Of a DNA stretch of 46,856 nt, positions 1-9,549 are shown one piece after another. Positions within the stretch are counted from its first letter, which is position 1; every line of letters begins with the position of its first letter. Made by a program: the position numbers and the translations under genes. Source of the stretch: Promethearchaeota archaeon (lineage in GTDB: Archaea > Asgardarchaeota > Lokiarchaeia > Sigyniarchaeales > SOKP01); the NCBI GenBank assembly GCA_016839745.1, contig JAEOTS010000131.1, forward strand, positions 1 to 46,856. The letters are read 5' to 3'. The notes below the pieces were generated by a model. That model was not told the origin of the DNA, ran no database searches, and saw only the letters and a program-made list of their open reading frames with translations.

Positions 1-1014
1 ATTTCTGGTTTAGTAAATTCGTCTATTCTGGGATTTCCACAGATACTATATCAAGGACCCATAGTTAATATTACAATTCCTATCAACAATACTCGGTCTA
101 ATGATGTTAATTTAACTGTTTCCATGGAAGGAGCCGATTTAATTACTGAAATTCAAAATATAACCTTTATTACTAATGTCTTAACAAATGTGTCATTTAA
201 CCTAACAACAACTCTCGGAGCTGCTATTGGCCCTCATACTATTAGTTTTAATTTCAAAGAAGGGAATATTACTTATTTAGAAATAAATAGAAGCCTTACT
301 ATTGGACATTCGTTCGATTACTCAAGTTTCATATACGAAAGTATTACAGTAAATGGAGAAAGTGCTTTTGTATCCATGACTTTAACAAATTTCTTACCCA
401 ATAGTACTCAAATCTTTAATATTAGTTTCTATCAAGATGAATCTGTAATTTTTAAAGAACAAATATTTTTATTCGAAAAGGAAATCAAAACCGTGTATTT
501 CGATTTGAATTATTCTACTAGCGAGAGTGATAGTATTAATATTACAATGAAAATTTCTAAAGGTGACACAATTTTCTATATTAGGCAATTCAATGTTGAA
601 TTAATACCAAAGTACGAAATATTAAGTATAGCCTTTCCAGAAACTATAGAACAAGGTGTTGTTGCTCAATTTATTCTGACTATTCAGAACAATCAAGATA
701 AATCTGAATCCTTTACACTTTATGTAAATGGAGATCAGGTAACAACCAATCTCAACGGATTTGGACCTGGAATCAATAGGGTTGTGTTTGAGGTAATTCC
801 TAGCATAAATCCTTATGATTTTGAAAAAAAATCTTATGTATTCGAATTGAGAGATAGTTCTAATAATCCCATTGCAAGATATTACTATGAAGTACAATTG
901 GAACTATCCACATTCAATTTAATTGTATTTTATATTCTGCCTGTATTGATTCCAATATGTATTGTTTTAATATATAAAAACAAAGAGATTAAACATAAGC
1001 TTTTAAGAAGATGA
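1..1014 (+). CDS. C-terminal part of a secreted, C-terminally membrane-anchored beta-sandwich (Ig/CARDB-like) surface protein; 5'-truncated
   Basis: Frame is open from base 1 (ISGLVNSSILGFPQ...) through the ORF-track Met at 124. Beta-rich with many N-x-S/T sequons, C-terminal TM helix (LIVFYILPVLIPICIVLIY) followed by a basic tail. Confidence 0.75.
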   Translation: MSGLVNSSILGFPQILYQGPIVNITIPINNTRSNDVNLTVSMEGADLITEIQNITFITNVLTNVSFNLTTTLGAAIGPHTISFNFKEGNITYLEINRSLTIGHSFDYSSFIYESITVNGESAFVSMTLTNFLPNSTQIFNISFYQDESVIFKEQIFLFEKEIKTVYFDLNYSTSESDSINITMKISKGDTIFYIRQFNVELIPKYEILSIAFPETIEQGVVAQFILTIQNNQDKSESFTLYVNGDQVTTNLNGFGPGINRVVFEVIPSINPYDFEKKSYVFELRDSSNNPIARYYYEVQLELSTFNLIVFYILPVLIPICIVLIYKNKEIKHKLLRR

Positions 1015-1021
1015 TTGAAAA

Positions 1022-2737
1022 ATGAGTAGAAAAAATGCATCAATAAGGTTATTTTTGATTATATTTACTTTTATGACATTATTCTTAAATATATGGGCAG
1101 TTTCAATAAATATTAACAATAACTTTACCCTGAATAATGAAGCAGAAAGTATACATATTGATTTTCATGACAAATCTGCGCTGAAAAGCTCCGATAACGG
1201 TAATCCTTCTTTAGATTATTCATCCTTCCACCAAAACGCAACGAAAGTATATAGATTATTTCAATCTATTAAATTTAACATTAATGCTTCAAAATTTAGT
1301 AACCCGAATTATACAGTTATGCGTATTCGTTATTTTAATGATGTTGAAGAAGATTTTAACATGAATCATGAATCTGGCACAGAAAATTTCACATATATTT
1401 ATACTCCAAGATACAATGACCATACTGGATTAACATTTGTAAGTTTCTTAATATATAATATAACTGATGATCTTCTTAGTTCTACAATTCCAATTACTAA
1501 TTTTACGATAAATTCAAATTTTTTGTTATTTTTTACCAGCCCAGAACTAGAATACCATAGAAATGATACACTCTCTGCGGAAATAATAGTCAACGATGAA
1601 CCTCAGCCTTACGACTTTAACTGGAATGTAACTATAGTTGATAGTGACAATGAAACCCTTCAAAACAATTTATTTGATGTGGGTAATAACTTAGGGGAGT
1701 TTTCATTCGTCGTCGATAATAGGTTTAATTTTACGAATGATTTTTATTATGTCAAGATCAATATGACGAATTCATCTGGGATTCCTAACGTAGCAGCATA
1801 TTATCCATTCAAAGTTTTAAACTCTTTACCAGAAATCATAGTCCCTTCTATAAGCTTTTCTGTATCACCTTTAATGAGAGCAGAAGATTGCACACTTAGG
1901 TTAAATGTTACTGATAGTGACACATACACTTTACCAGAAAATCTAACAGTTACTATGATTGTTCAAACATCCGCAGGCGTATTAGAAGCTCCTATTGAAT
2001 TAACTAACCATAATAATTGGACTTTTTCAACGATTTTTTCAGTAGGATTAACTAAACCAGTAGGTAGATATCAAATCCATATAGAATTAGAAGACCAGTA
2101 TGGTGGAAAAGACAATACTACTGTGTTTCTTTCTATCGAAAATAATCCTCCTGAAATCCATGATTTTTGGGTTAATGGACTTGCTATGGATCAGAGCGTA
2201 TCGGTAAATTATGGAGAAGATTTAATCTTTACTTTTAATGTTAGTGATGCTGAAAATACAATTGATTACATAACAGTTTCTCTTTTAGATACAGAATATA
2301 ATTGGTATAATATATCAAGAATCTATATCCCTGGTATGAAAATTACAGTCAGGACAGAAGAATTAATAACGGGAGTTTGGTATGCTTATGTTTCTATAAC
2401 CGATGTTGATGGCGCGACAACTTACCTCAATTCAGGCTATGGTTTAGCGCCTCAAGAAATCAATATAATCCCTGATTTGCTAACACCTGTCCTTCCATGG
2501 ATTGGATTTTTTTTCGGACTACTAATTGGCATTTTAGTTGGCGTAGGGATATTATATAAGAAATTTAAGACTAAATATGTCGAACCAAAAGAAGTGCCCT
2601 CAAAAAAACCATCGAAAGCACCGAAAACCGTTCCCTCTAAAAAGAAAGTAGTAAAAGAAGTTGAAAAAATTGAAACCAAAGAAAGCGATGAAGTCTATAA
2701 AGAACCACAGAGAAAGATAAAAAGAAAATTAAAATAA
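1022..2737 (+). CDS. Single-pass cell-surface glycoprotein with tandem Ig/cadherin-like domains
   Basis: N-terminal signal/TM; repeats starting NSLPEI / NNPPEI with NVTDSD / NVSDAE / ITDVDG motifs; TM (WIGFFFGLLIGILVGVGILY) then a Lys/Glu/Pro-rich cytoplasmic tail. Confidence 0.7.
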   Translation: MSRKNASIRLFLIIFTFMTLFLNIWAVSININNNFTLNNEAESIHIDFHDKSALKSSDNGNPSLDYSSFHQNATKVYRLFQSIKFNINASKFSNPNYTVMRIRYFNDVEEDFNMNHESGTENFTYIYTPRYNDHTGLTFVSFLIYNITDDLLSSTIPITNFTINSNFLLFFTSPELEYHRNDTLSAEIIVNDEPQPYDFNWNVTIVDSDNETLQNNLFDVGNNLGEFSFVVDNRFNFTNDFYYVKINMTNSSGIPNVAAYYPFKVLNSLPEIIVPSISFSVSPLMRAEDCTLRLNVTDSDTYTLPENLTVTMIVQTSAGVLEAPIELTNHNNWTFSTIFSVGLTKPVGRYQIHIELEDQYGGKDNTTVFLSIENNPPEIHDFWVNGLAMDQSVSVNYGEDLIFTFNVSDAENTIDYITVSLLDTEYNWYNISRIYIPGMKITVRTEELITGVWYAYVSITDVDGATTYLNSGYGLAPQEINIIPDLLTPVLPWIGFFFGLLIGILVGVGILYKKFKTKYVEPKEVPSKKPSKAPKTVPSKKKVVKEVEKIETKESDEVYKEPQRKIKRKLK

Positions 2738-2783
2738 AAGTTATTTTCCCTTTTTTAAGAAAAAAACTACTCTTTTTTGTTAG

Positions 2784-3695
2784 TTAAGTTAAAACATCGT
2801 ATAATCGATATTGGAACTTTCCAAGTCTACCCCCATAATTACCTGCACTTATTTTATTAATGCCGGGAATTTGAACAGCTGCTTGAATACCTAACTTCAT
2901 TGCTTTTTTAATAGCATCTTCGGTAGCGCCATCTAGAATTACTTCATACACACAATTATCCTTTTCTCCTAGCAATGACCTTTCAATTTTATTCCGGAGA
3001 GTAGGACAGAGAGGATCGTTAGTTGATGCGTTTAAAAAACTATATTGCGACCCTACTTTAGAACCAGAACGAGCAATTCCCCCCGGGAAAGGGGCAATCA
3101 CATTCTCTAAATCTTTTATAGCGTCTATTGCATTTTCAGCCGCTCTTAAGGCAGCTTCTTGGGTTTCACCAAATATCAAGAAATTTCCTCCTGCGATTCC
3201 TTTTCCAACTTTAAAATTACTTTGAACGGTGAATTCCCCATCCATAACTGGAATTTTCCACGCTTCAAAAGGATAGAGTCCTTCTACTTTTTCTTCGAAT
3301 TTATCACCAAAAAACTTTAGTTTGAACCCTGTTTTTATTTCAAAATCTTTTTCTGGGGCGACTGAACTATTTAAAGCATCAAAACAGGCTGTAGTAGGAC
3401 AGGTTAATATACATTGCCCAACTCTATTCAATAATACATGATCCATCTTATCTTTTTTAGTTTTAAAGAACATCAACACAGCTCCCGGGCGATTATCGGG
3501 AGTATCATTCGCAGAAACGAATACATCCACACCTGCTTCTGAATCACAGTGGATTGTCGAAGTACCATAACCAGTTGCGATTTGACTAGCAATTTTGACC
3601 CATTTCTCATTTATAGCAGTCACTAAAATTCTCGTAAAAACAGCTCCAAAAGCTTCACAAAAAGTATCTTCAATTTCTACTCCATTTAATTCCAT
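2784..3695 (-). CDS. ftr: Formylmethanofuran:tetrahydromethanopterin N-formyltransferase
   Basis: IEDTFCEAF N-terminus, TPDNRPG, RVGQCILTCPTTACF, GGNF, PFPGGIARSGSKVGS, ISAGNYGGRLG. Confidence 0.96.
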   Translation of the reverse strand: MELNGVEIEDTFCEAFGAVFTRILVTAINEKWVKIASQIATGYGTSTIHCDSEAGVDVFVSANDTPDNRPGAVLMFFKTKKDKMDHVLLNRVGQCILTCPTTACFDALNSSVAPEKDFEIKTGFKLKFFGDKFEEKVEGLYPFEAWKIPVMDGEFTVQSNFKVGKGIAGGNFLIFGETQEAALRAAENAIDAIKDLENVIAPFPGGIARSGSKVGSQYSFLNASTNDPLCPTLRNKIERSLLGEKDNCVYEVILDGATEDAIKKAMKLGIQAAVQIPGINKISAGNYGGRLGKFQYRLYDVLT

Positions 3696-3750
3696 TTAAT
3701 TCCATCTCATTATTTTTTTGAAATATTGTATTAAATATTAGACATCTATC

Positions 3751-3760
3751 TTATATAAAA
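3751..3760. promoter_or_regulatory. Candidate archaeal TATA box in the divergent ftr/mtd intergenic region
   Basis: TTATATAAAA (minus strand TTTTATATAA) about 55 nt upstream of the ftr start; the AT-rich background lowers specificity. Confidence 0.35.
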
Positions 3761-3849
3761 TTTTAAAAAAAAAATAAAAACATTGAAAAATTGTTAGGTT
3801 ACATAATCCTAATTTTAAAATCTGAATTTACAAATAAAAGTTGTGAAAA

Positions 3850-4698
3850 ATGAGTGAAGAAGGGAAAGTACTGAATATTGGTATCCTTAAAAATGGGACA
3901 ATTGGCTCATCTTTATTACTTGCTTTTTTAATGGATGAGAGAGCAGAAGCTAATAGAATAAATGTAAGAGAAGTAACTTCTGGCGCTAAAATGCATCCCG
4001 CAAACCATTGTGTAGATACTATGAAAAAATTACTTGAATTTGGATCGGAATTAATAATAATGTCTAGTCCAAATGCGGCCTTAGGCGGACCAAAAGCGGC
4101 AAGAGAAATTGCAAAAGAAGCAGGGATTCCTACTATTATAATTTCTGACTCTCCTGCAAAAAAAGCAGTCGAAGAAATTCAAGAAAAAGGAATGGGTTAT
4201 ATTCTAGTGAATTGTGATAGTATGATAGGCGCTAGACGCCCTTTCTTAGATCCTGTTGAAATGAGCTGCTTTAATGCTGATTTATTAAAGGTTCTTGCAA
4301 TTACGGGAGCTCTTCAGCTTATTGCCGAAGAATTAAATAAAGTAATAATGGATATGCTAGAAGGAAGAACTCCTACCTTACCCAAAATCATTGTAGATTC
4401 TACTACAGCTATAAAAACCGCTAAATTTGCAAACCCTTATGCTGAAGCTAAAGCTATAGCTGCTTTTGAATTAGCTGCTTCAGTATCCAAGGTAACGGGA
4501 AAGGCATGTTTTAAACTTCAAGAAAGATCTGATTATATGCCTTTACTTGCAGCGGCTCATGAAATGATGCGAACAGCTGCGATGATGTGCGACGAAGCTC
4601 GAGAACTGGAGAAATCAAATGACACTGTAATTAGAAGACCTCACCATGCAAAACAGCACATGCTAACAAAAGTAAAATTGCACGAAAAAGAAGCATAA
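3850..4698 (+). CDS. mtd: F420-dependent methylene-H4MPT dehydrogenase
   Basis: GTIGSS, DERA, SGAKM, SPNAALGGP, DSMIGARRPFLDPVEMSCFNAD, AAAHEMMR, RRPH motifs typical of Mtd. Confidence 0.95.
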   Translation: MSEEGKVLNIGILKNGTIGSSLLLAFLMDERAEANRINVREVTSGAKMHPANHCVDTMKKLLEFGSELIIMSSPNAALGGPKAAREIAKEAGIPTIIISDSPAKKAVEEIQEKGMGYILVNCDSMIGARRPFLDPVEMSCFNADLLKVLAITGALQLIAEELNKVIMDMLEGRTPTLPKIIVDSTTAIKTAKFANPYAEAKAIAAFELAASVSKVTGKACFKLQERSDYMPLLAAAHEMMRTAAMMCDEARELEKSNDTVIRRPHHAKQHMLTKVKLHEKEA

Positions 4699-4779
4699 AT
4701 AAAGTGATTTATTTATAAATTAAATAAATTCTGTTTTTTATTTTATAATTAACAAGTAAAAGGGACTTAGAGTTAGTAA

Positions 4780-5733
4780 TTAAAAATCATTCCTATTGAG
4801 GAATTTTATCAGATTTTTAAAATCTTCTCCGTTAAAGGATTTAATAACAGCGTTAAATGTCTCCTCGTTTTTGGTTCTTGTAACTATCATCAACACAGAT
4901 CCATTACTCACCTCTCTCACCAAAATATAGTTATTATCACTTTCATATATAACTATGGATAATTCTAAAGGAGAAATCGCAGAATCAGATAGATTCATAA
5001 TCTTAGTAAAGATTTGATAGATATTGGAATCAAGAGTACCTATTTCGAATTTCATAAATTGGAGAGGTTTATGCTCAAATTTACCGAAAGTTGAAGCGAT
5101 TAATAAACCATCAGGTTGATTGAATAAGAAGTATTCCGAAAGCGTAGTTAACTTCAATTGATCTAGCATATGCCGTATTTTTCCAAGTCTTTGTAACGCT
5201 AATGTATTCTGCTGAATTTTGTAATCAAGTATTTCGATCAACCTATGTTGGGCACTCCCTTCCTTCACCGATACAGGAGTAAAAACAACTTTGCTTTTTA
5301 AATCATCTGTGAGGTCTTTAATCAAAAGATCATAAATTTCATCTTCCTTTGATTCCTGAAGATCGATTTTATTTAATAAAACATACACCATATCAACTTC
5401 AGGACTAAATTTAAAAATATTTTTCATAAAATTATCAAAGATTTCTTTTAACTTGGGTTCCTCTGCTGCTGAATCAACCATGAATACTGCAGTCATCACT
5501 TCAGAAAAAACAAGCTCTCGCTTCTTTTCTGAAAAATAACTGTCCATGTAGAGTTGTTGACCTCCCAGGTCCCAGATAGATAGTTCCATAATCCCTCTAA
5601 ATATAAAATTCTCGCGGCTAACGCCTTTTGTGGGCGTTAAATTGAGTACTTTCATGAAGTTATAGCCTAAACAAGTAGTTCGCATAAGTGATGTTTTACC
5701 TGCTCCACCCGGACCAAACAGAAGTACTTTCAT
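4780..5733 (-). CDS. Rag/Gtr1-like GTPase with C-terminal roadblock domain
   Basis: G1 GPGGAGKTS, G2 PT, G3 WDLGGQ..YMDSYF (cf. RagA WDCGGQ..FMENYF), G4 NKID; C-terminal YFLFNQPDGLLIAST...YILVREV...VLMIVT roadblock-like pattern. Confidence 0.85.
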   Translation of the reverse strand: MKVLLFGPGGAGKTSLMRTTCLGYNFMKVLNLTPTKGVSRENFIFRGIMELSIWDLGGQQLYMDSYFSEKKRELVFSEVMTAVFMVDSAAEEPKLKEIFDNFMKNIFKFSPEVDMVYVLLNKIDLQESKEDEIYDLLIKDLTDDLKSKVVFTPVSVKEGSAQHRLIEILDYKIQQNTLALQRLGKIRHMLDQLKLTTLSEYFLFNQPDGLLIASTFGKFEHKPLQFMKFEIGTLDSNIYQIFTKIMNLSDSAISPLELSIVIYESDNNYILVREVSNGSVLMIVTRTKNEETFNAVIKSFNGEDFKNLIKFLNRNDF

Positions 5734-5958
5734 TTTAGTTCACCGTCAATCTTTTATTGTATTATTTAATGAGATAATTGATTTTTTTTTAATTTATAAA
5801 ATCGACTAATATATTTTTTATGAATTAATGATTATTTAATCTTTTTCTAATTATTATACGATTTATGAGATTTTAAATGCATGGACGATTGAGTTAAATA
5901 TAATTTTAAATTACCTTAAATACAATTTAATTTTATATAAAAAAGAATGTGATCAACT

Positions 5959-6486
5959 ATGAATTTGGAAGAATATATTCGTACCGTTGATGGTTTTCCT
6001 AAACCAGGGATATCTTTTAAAGATATTACAACATTATGTAAAATTCATGCTCCCTTTAAGGAATCTTGTGATATTTTGGTGAATCACTTTAAAAATAAAG
6101 GAATCAAAAAAGTAGCGGCAATCGAAGCTAGAGGATATGTTTGGGGCGGAGTCTTAGCATATCAATTGGAAGCAGGATTTGTCTTAATACGAAAACCCGG
6201 TAAACTACCTGCTGAAACGATCAGTGAAACATATGAACTTGAATATGGAACAGATACAATTGAAATGCACTATGACGCAATAGAAAAAGGAGAAAAGGTC
6301 TTATTGTTTGATGATTTATTGGCAACAGGAGGCACAGCAAAAGCTGCAGCTAATTTAATTGAAAAGGCTGGTGGAATTATAGAAGGAATTGCATTTGTTA
6401 TTGAACTTACTGGCAGTTTACATGGTCGTGATAAATTAAAGGGTTACAAGATGATTAGTCTGATAGAGATCCCTGTAGAAGAATAG
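5959..6486 (+). CDS. apt: Adenine phosphoribosyltransferase
   Basis: FPKPGISFKDITT, IEARGY, RKPGKLP, YELEYGTD, PRPP-binding DDLLATGGT. Confidence 0.96.
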   Translation: MNLEEYIRTVDGFPKPGISFKDITTLCKIHAPFKESCDILVNHFKNKGIKKVAAIEARGYVWGGVLAYQLEAGFVLIRKPGKLPAETISETYELEYGTDTIEMHYDAIEKGEKVLLFDDLLATGGTAKAAANLIEKAGGIIEGIAFVIELTGSLHGRDKLKGYKMISLIEIPVEE

Positions 6487-6632
6487 CGTAGAGAAAGGGT
6501 TCACAAATCATACTCTATCAAAAACCCATTTTTTTCCCTTAAAGTTCTCCGTATTTTTTAGTCTGAAAACTTAAATAATTCTCTGTACTTTATACTCACA
6601 ATATTAAAATAAACACATTATTAGGTGTAGAT

Positions 6633-7721
6633 TTGATTACGGACCTAAAAAAAACTCCTTTCTACAACATCCATATAAAATTAGGGGCAAGAATGGTAGA
6701 TTTTGCTGGCTTTAGCATGCCAGTTCAATATGAAAGTATTATTAAAGAACACGAAGCAGTACGAACTAAAGTTGGGGTATTTGATGTTTCTCATATGGGC
6801 GAGTTTCTGTTGGAGGGAAGTGATGTAATAGATTTTCTTCAATATACTATGATTAACGATTTGAAATTACTCGAACCGTCAAAAGGTCAATATTCTTGCA
6901 TGTGTTATGAAAATGGAACGGTTGTTGACGATCTTGTATATTATGAGGAAGCAATTGATCGATTTAGAATGATTGTCAATGCTGGTAATATCGAAAAAGA
7001 TTTTCATTGGTTAAGCAAGCATATTAGCGGGTACGATGTTAAAATAACTAATTTATCATCAAAACGATGTCGTTTAGCGTTTCAAGGGCCTAAATCTGAC
7101 GAATGCCTCCAACCTTTAGTAGATATCGACTTATCAACGATAAATAGATTCTATTTTGCTCACTGTAAGTTAAGTGGGATGCCGATTTTTATAGCTAGAA
7201 CTGGATATACAGGTGAACGCGGATTTGAAATATCATTTGATAATGAGTATGCTGAAAAAATCTGGAGTGAGCTGATAAAAGCGGGAGCATCACCAGCTGG
7301 GTTAGGAGCTCGAGACTCGTTAAGACTTGAAGCAACATATTCCTTATACGGTCACGAAATAAACGACTCTATAACGCCTGTTGAAGCGGGATTATTTTGG
7401 CTTGTTAAACCTAAAAAGGGTATTGATTATATTGGAAAAAGGGTTTTGATAAAACAAAAAGCAGAAGGAACTGATCGAATCTTAGTTGGATTAAATTTAT
7501 TGGAAAGGGGCGTTATTAGAGATGGTTTCAAAATTTTAAAAAATAATGCTGAAATAGGGTATGTAACATCAGGCGGTTATTCACCAACCCTTAAAAAGAC
7601 AATAGGTTTAGGTCTTATTAAAAAACAATATAAAGAAGAAGGGACAGAACTTGAAATTGAAGTTCGGAATAAATATCTTAAAGGAGTAGTGGTATCTACA
7701 CCGTTTTATCGTAATGTTTAA
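6633..7721 (+). CDS. gcvT: Glycine cleavage system aminomethyltransferase T
   Basis: FAGFSMPVQY, FDVSHMGE, RTGYTGERGFE, GLGARDSLRLEA; TTG start preceded by AGGTG SD-like motif. Confidence 0.96.
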   Translation: MITDLKKTPFYNIHIKLGARMVDFAGFSMPVQYESIIKEHEAVRTKVGVFDVSHMGEFLLEGSDVIDFLQYTMINDLKLLEPSKGQYSCMCYENGTVVDDLVYYEEAIDRFRMIVNAGNIEKDFHWLSKHISGYDVKITNLSSKRCRLAFQGPKSDECLQPLVDIDLSTINRFYFAHCKLSGMPIFIARTGYTGERGFEISFDNEYAEKIWSELIKAGASPAGLGARDSLRLEATYSLYGHEINDSITPVEAGLFWLVKPKKGIDYIGKRVLIKQKAEGTDRILVGLNLLERGVIRDGFKILKNNAEIGYVTSGGYSPTLKKTIGLGLIKKQYKEEGTELEIEVRNKYLKGVVVSTPFYRNV

Positions 7722-7754
7722 ACTAAAAAAAGTTAATAGTAAATGGTGAATATT

Positions 7755-8150
7755 ATGGAACACGAATTTCCGAGCGAACTTATGTATCTCCAAACACATG
7801 AATGGGTTCGCATCCAAGATAATATTGCAACTATAGGGATCACAGACTTTGCTCAACATCAATTAGGTGATATAGTTTACGTAGAACTTCCTGAAATCGG
7901 GAGCACTTTTAATAAAGGTAGTAATGTAGTTGAAATCGAATCTGTCAAGGCTGTAGGTGAATTAGTAATGCCTTTATCTGGAAAAATCCTCGAAGTTAAT
8001 ACTGATCTTGCTGATAATCCAGAATCAGTAAACTCTTCTCCTTATGGAACTGGTTGGATGATAAAGATAGAGCTTTCAAATAAAAGCCAAATTAACGAAT
8101 TATTATCTGTGGAAGCTTACAAAGAAATTGTAGAAGCTGAGAAAAAATAA
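7755..8150 (+). CDS. gcvH: Glycine cleavage system H protein (lipoyl carrier)
   Basis: THEWV, GITDFAQ..LGD, lipoyl-Lys motif IESVKAV, PY..GWM. Start placed at ATG 7755 after GGTGA; the ORF track starts at 7743. Confidence 0.95.
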   Translation: MEHEFPSELMYLQTHEWVRIQDNIATIGITDFAQHQLGDIVYVELPEIGSTFNKGSNVVEIESVKAVGELVMPLSGKILEVNTDLADNPESVNSSPYGTGWMIKIELSNKSQINELLSVEAYKEIVEAEKK

Positions 8151-8208
8151 ACATTTAATCTAATTTTTAATTTTAATCCTTATATTTTTGAAATTTGAGT
8201 TGTTTAAT

Positions 8209-9549
8209 ATGGATTTTATACCTCATGATGAGAAAACTATTGCTGAAATGCTTAACATTATTGGCGTTACCAATATAGAAGATTTATTTAAGGATATTCC
8301 TAAAGATTTGATAATCAACGGTTTAAATCTTCCTGAAGGATTATCGGAACCAGATGTTTTAAAGAATTTACAGGAATTAGGCAAAAAAAATAAAATTTAT
8401 TCTGATTCTTTTTTAGGGGCGGGATGCTATTTTCATTATATACCTAGTTTAGTGGATTTTGTAATTAGTCGTTCTGAATTTTATACTTCTTATACGCCAT
8501 ATCAAGCAGAAGCTAGCCAAGGCTATTTACAAGCAATTTATGAGTATCAGAGTGCAATTTCTCGACTCACTCAAATGGATGTTGCCAACGCGAGTATGTA
8601 TGACGGTTCAACGGCTCTTGCAGAATCAGCTATCATGGCATCTATTATCACAGGGAAAAACCAAGTTATCGTACTAGAAGGGGTTCACCCTGAATACGTA
8701 GAAGTTGTTAAAACTTATTGTTGGGGTCAAAAAATAGCACTTAAGATTGTACCCGTAGAAAAATTAGAAGACGAATTAAACCAAGAGATTGCAGCTGTTT
8801 TATTTCAAAGTCCTAATTTTTTTGGTGATATAGAAGATGTGTTAATTCTTGCAAAAAATATTAAAAAAAAATCTCCAAAATGTCTAGTAATCCAATGTAT
8901 GACTGATCCTACCTGTTTAGGTATTCTGAAACCACCTGGAGAAACAAAAGTAGACATTTTTGTAGCCGAAGGACAGTCTTTTGGAATAAGTCCCTCATTT
9001 GGAGGACCGGGATTAGGAATTTTTACAGCAAAAAGAGAATTTTTGAGAAAAATACCTGGAAGATTAGTTGGAAAAACAAAAGAGATTAACGGGGAACGCG
9101 AAGGTTTTTTATTAACTTTACAAGCTCGGGAACAACATATAAGAAGAGAAAAAGCAAGTTCGAATATTTGCACTAATCAGGCATTATGTTCATTATCCGC
9201 TTTGGTTTATCTTGTTTCGTTAGGAAGAACGGGGTTACGTGAAGTAGCCACTCAAAATATTCAAAAAGCTCATTATGTTAAAAATAAATTAAAAGAAATT
9301 CCGGGGTATGAGATCTTAAATACAAAACCTACATACAATGAATTCATCGTAAAATGCCCCAACATCGATTCCTTAATCCAAGAATGTAAGAAACTCAACT
9401 TACTTCCTCCCCTTCCTCTTTCAAAATACTATCCCGAAAGGAAAGATGTAGCTCTAGTTTGTGTAACCGAATTGAATTCCCAGGAATCCATTGAAAAGTT
9501 CATCAAAGCCTTAGAACTTGCAAATAGCAATGAGGAGGGGAAGGTCTAA
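8209..9549 (+). CDS. gcvPA: Glycine dehydrogenase (decarboxylating) subunit 1
   Basis: FLGAGCY, YTSYTPYQAEASQG, NASMYDG, REQHIRREKASSNICTNQ. Likely start ATG 8209; the ORF track uses TTG 8188. Confidence 0.95.
   Translation: MDFIPHDEKTIAEMLNIIGVTNIEDLFKDIPKDLIINGLNLPEGLSEPDVLKNLQELGKKNKIYSDSFLGAGCYFHYIPSLVDFVISRSEFYTSYTPYQAEASQGYLQAIYEYQSAISRLTQMDVANASMYDGSTALAESAIMASIITGKNQVIVLEGVHPEYVEVVKTYCWGQKIALKIVPVEKLEDELNQEIAAVLFQSPNFFGDIEDVLILAKNIKKKSPKCLVIQCMTDPTCLGILKPPGETKVDIFVAEGQSFGISPSFGGPGLGIFTAKREFLRKIPGRLVGKTKEINGEREGFLLTLQAREQHIRREKASSNICTNQALCSLSALVYLVSLGRTGLREVATQNIQKAHYVKNKLKEIPGYEILNTKPTYNEFIVKCPNIDSLIQECKKLNLLPPLPLSKYYPERKDVALVCVTELNSQESIEKFIKALELANSNEEGKV

Noticed and set aside
6487-6551. 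Possible stem-loop between apt and gcvT (GGGTT...AACCC, GAGAA...TTCTC), considered as a glycine riboswitch or SECIS
   Set aside because: Stems are short, no glycine-riboswitch or SECIS consensus is present, and no in-frame UGA selenoprotein is adjacent; more simply the apt terminator region with its T-run.
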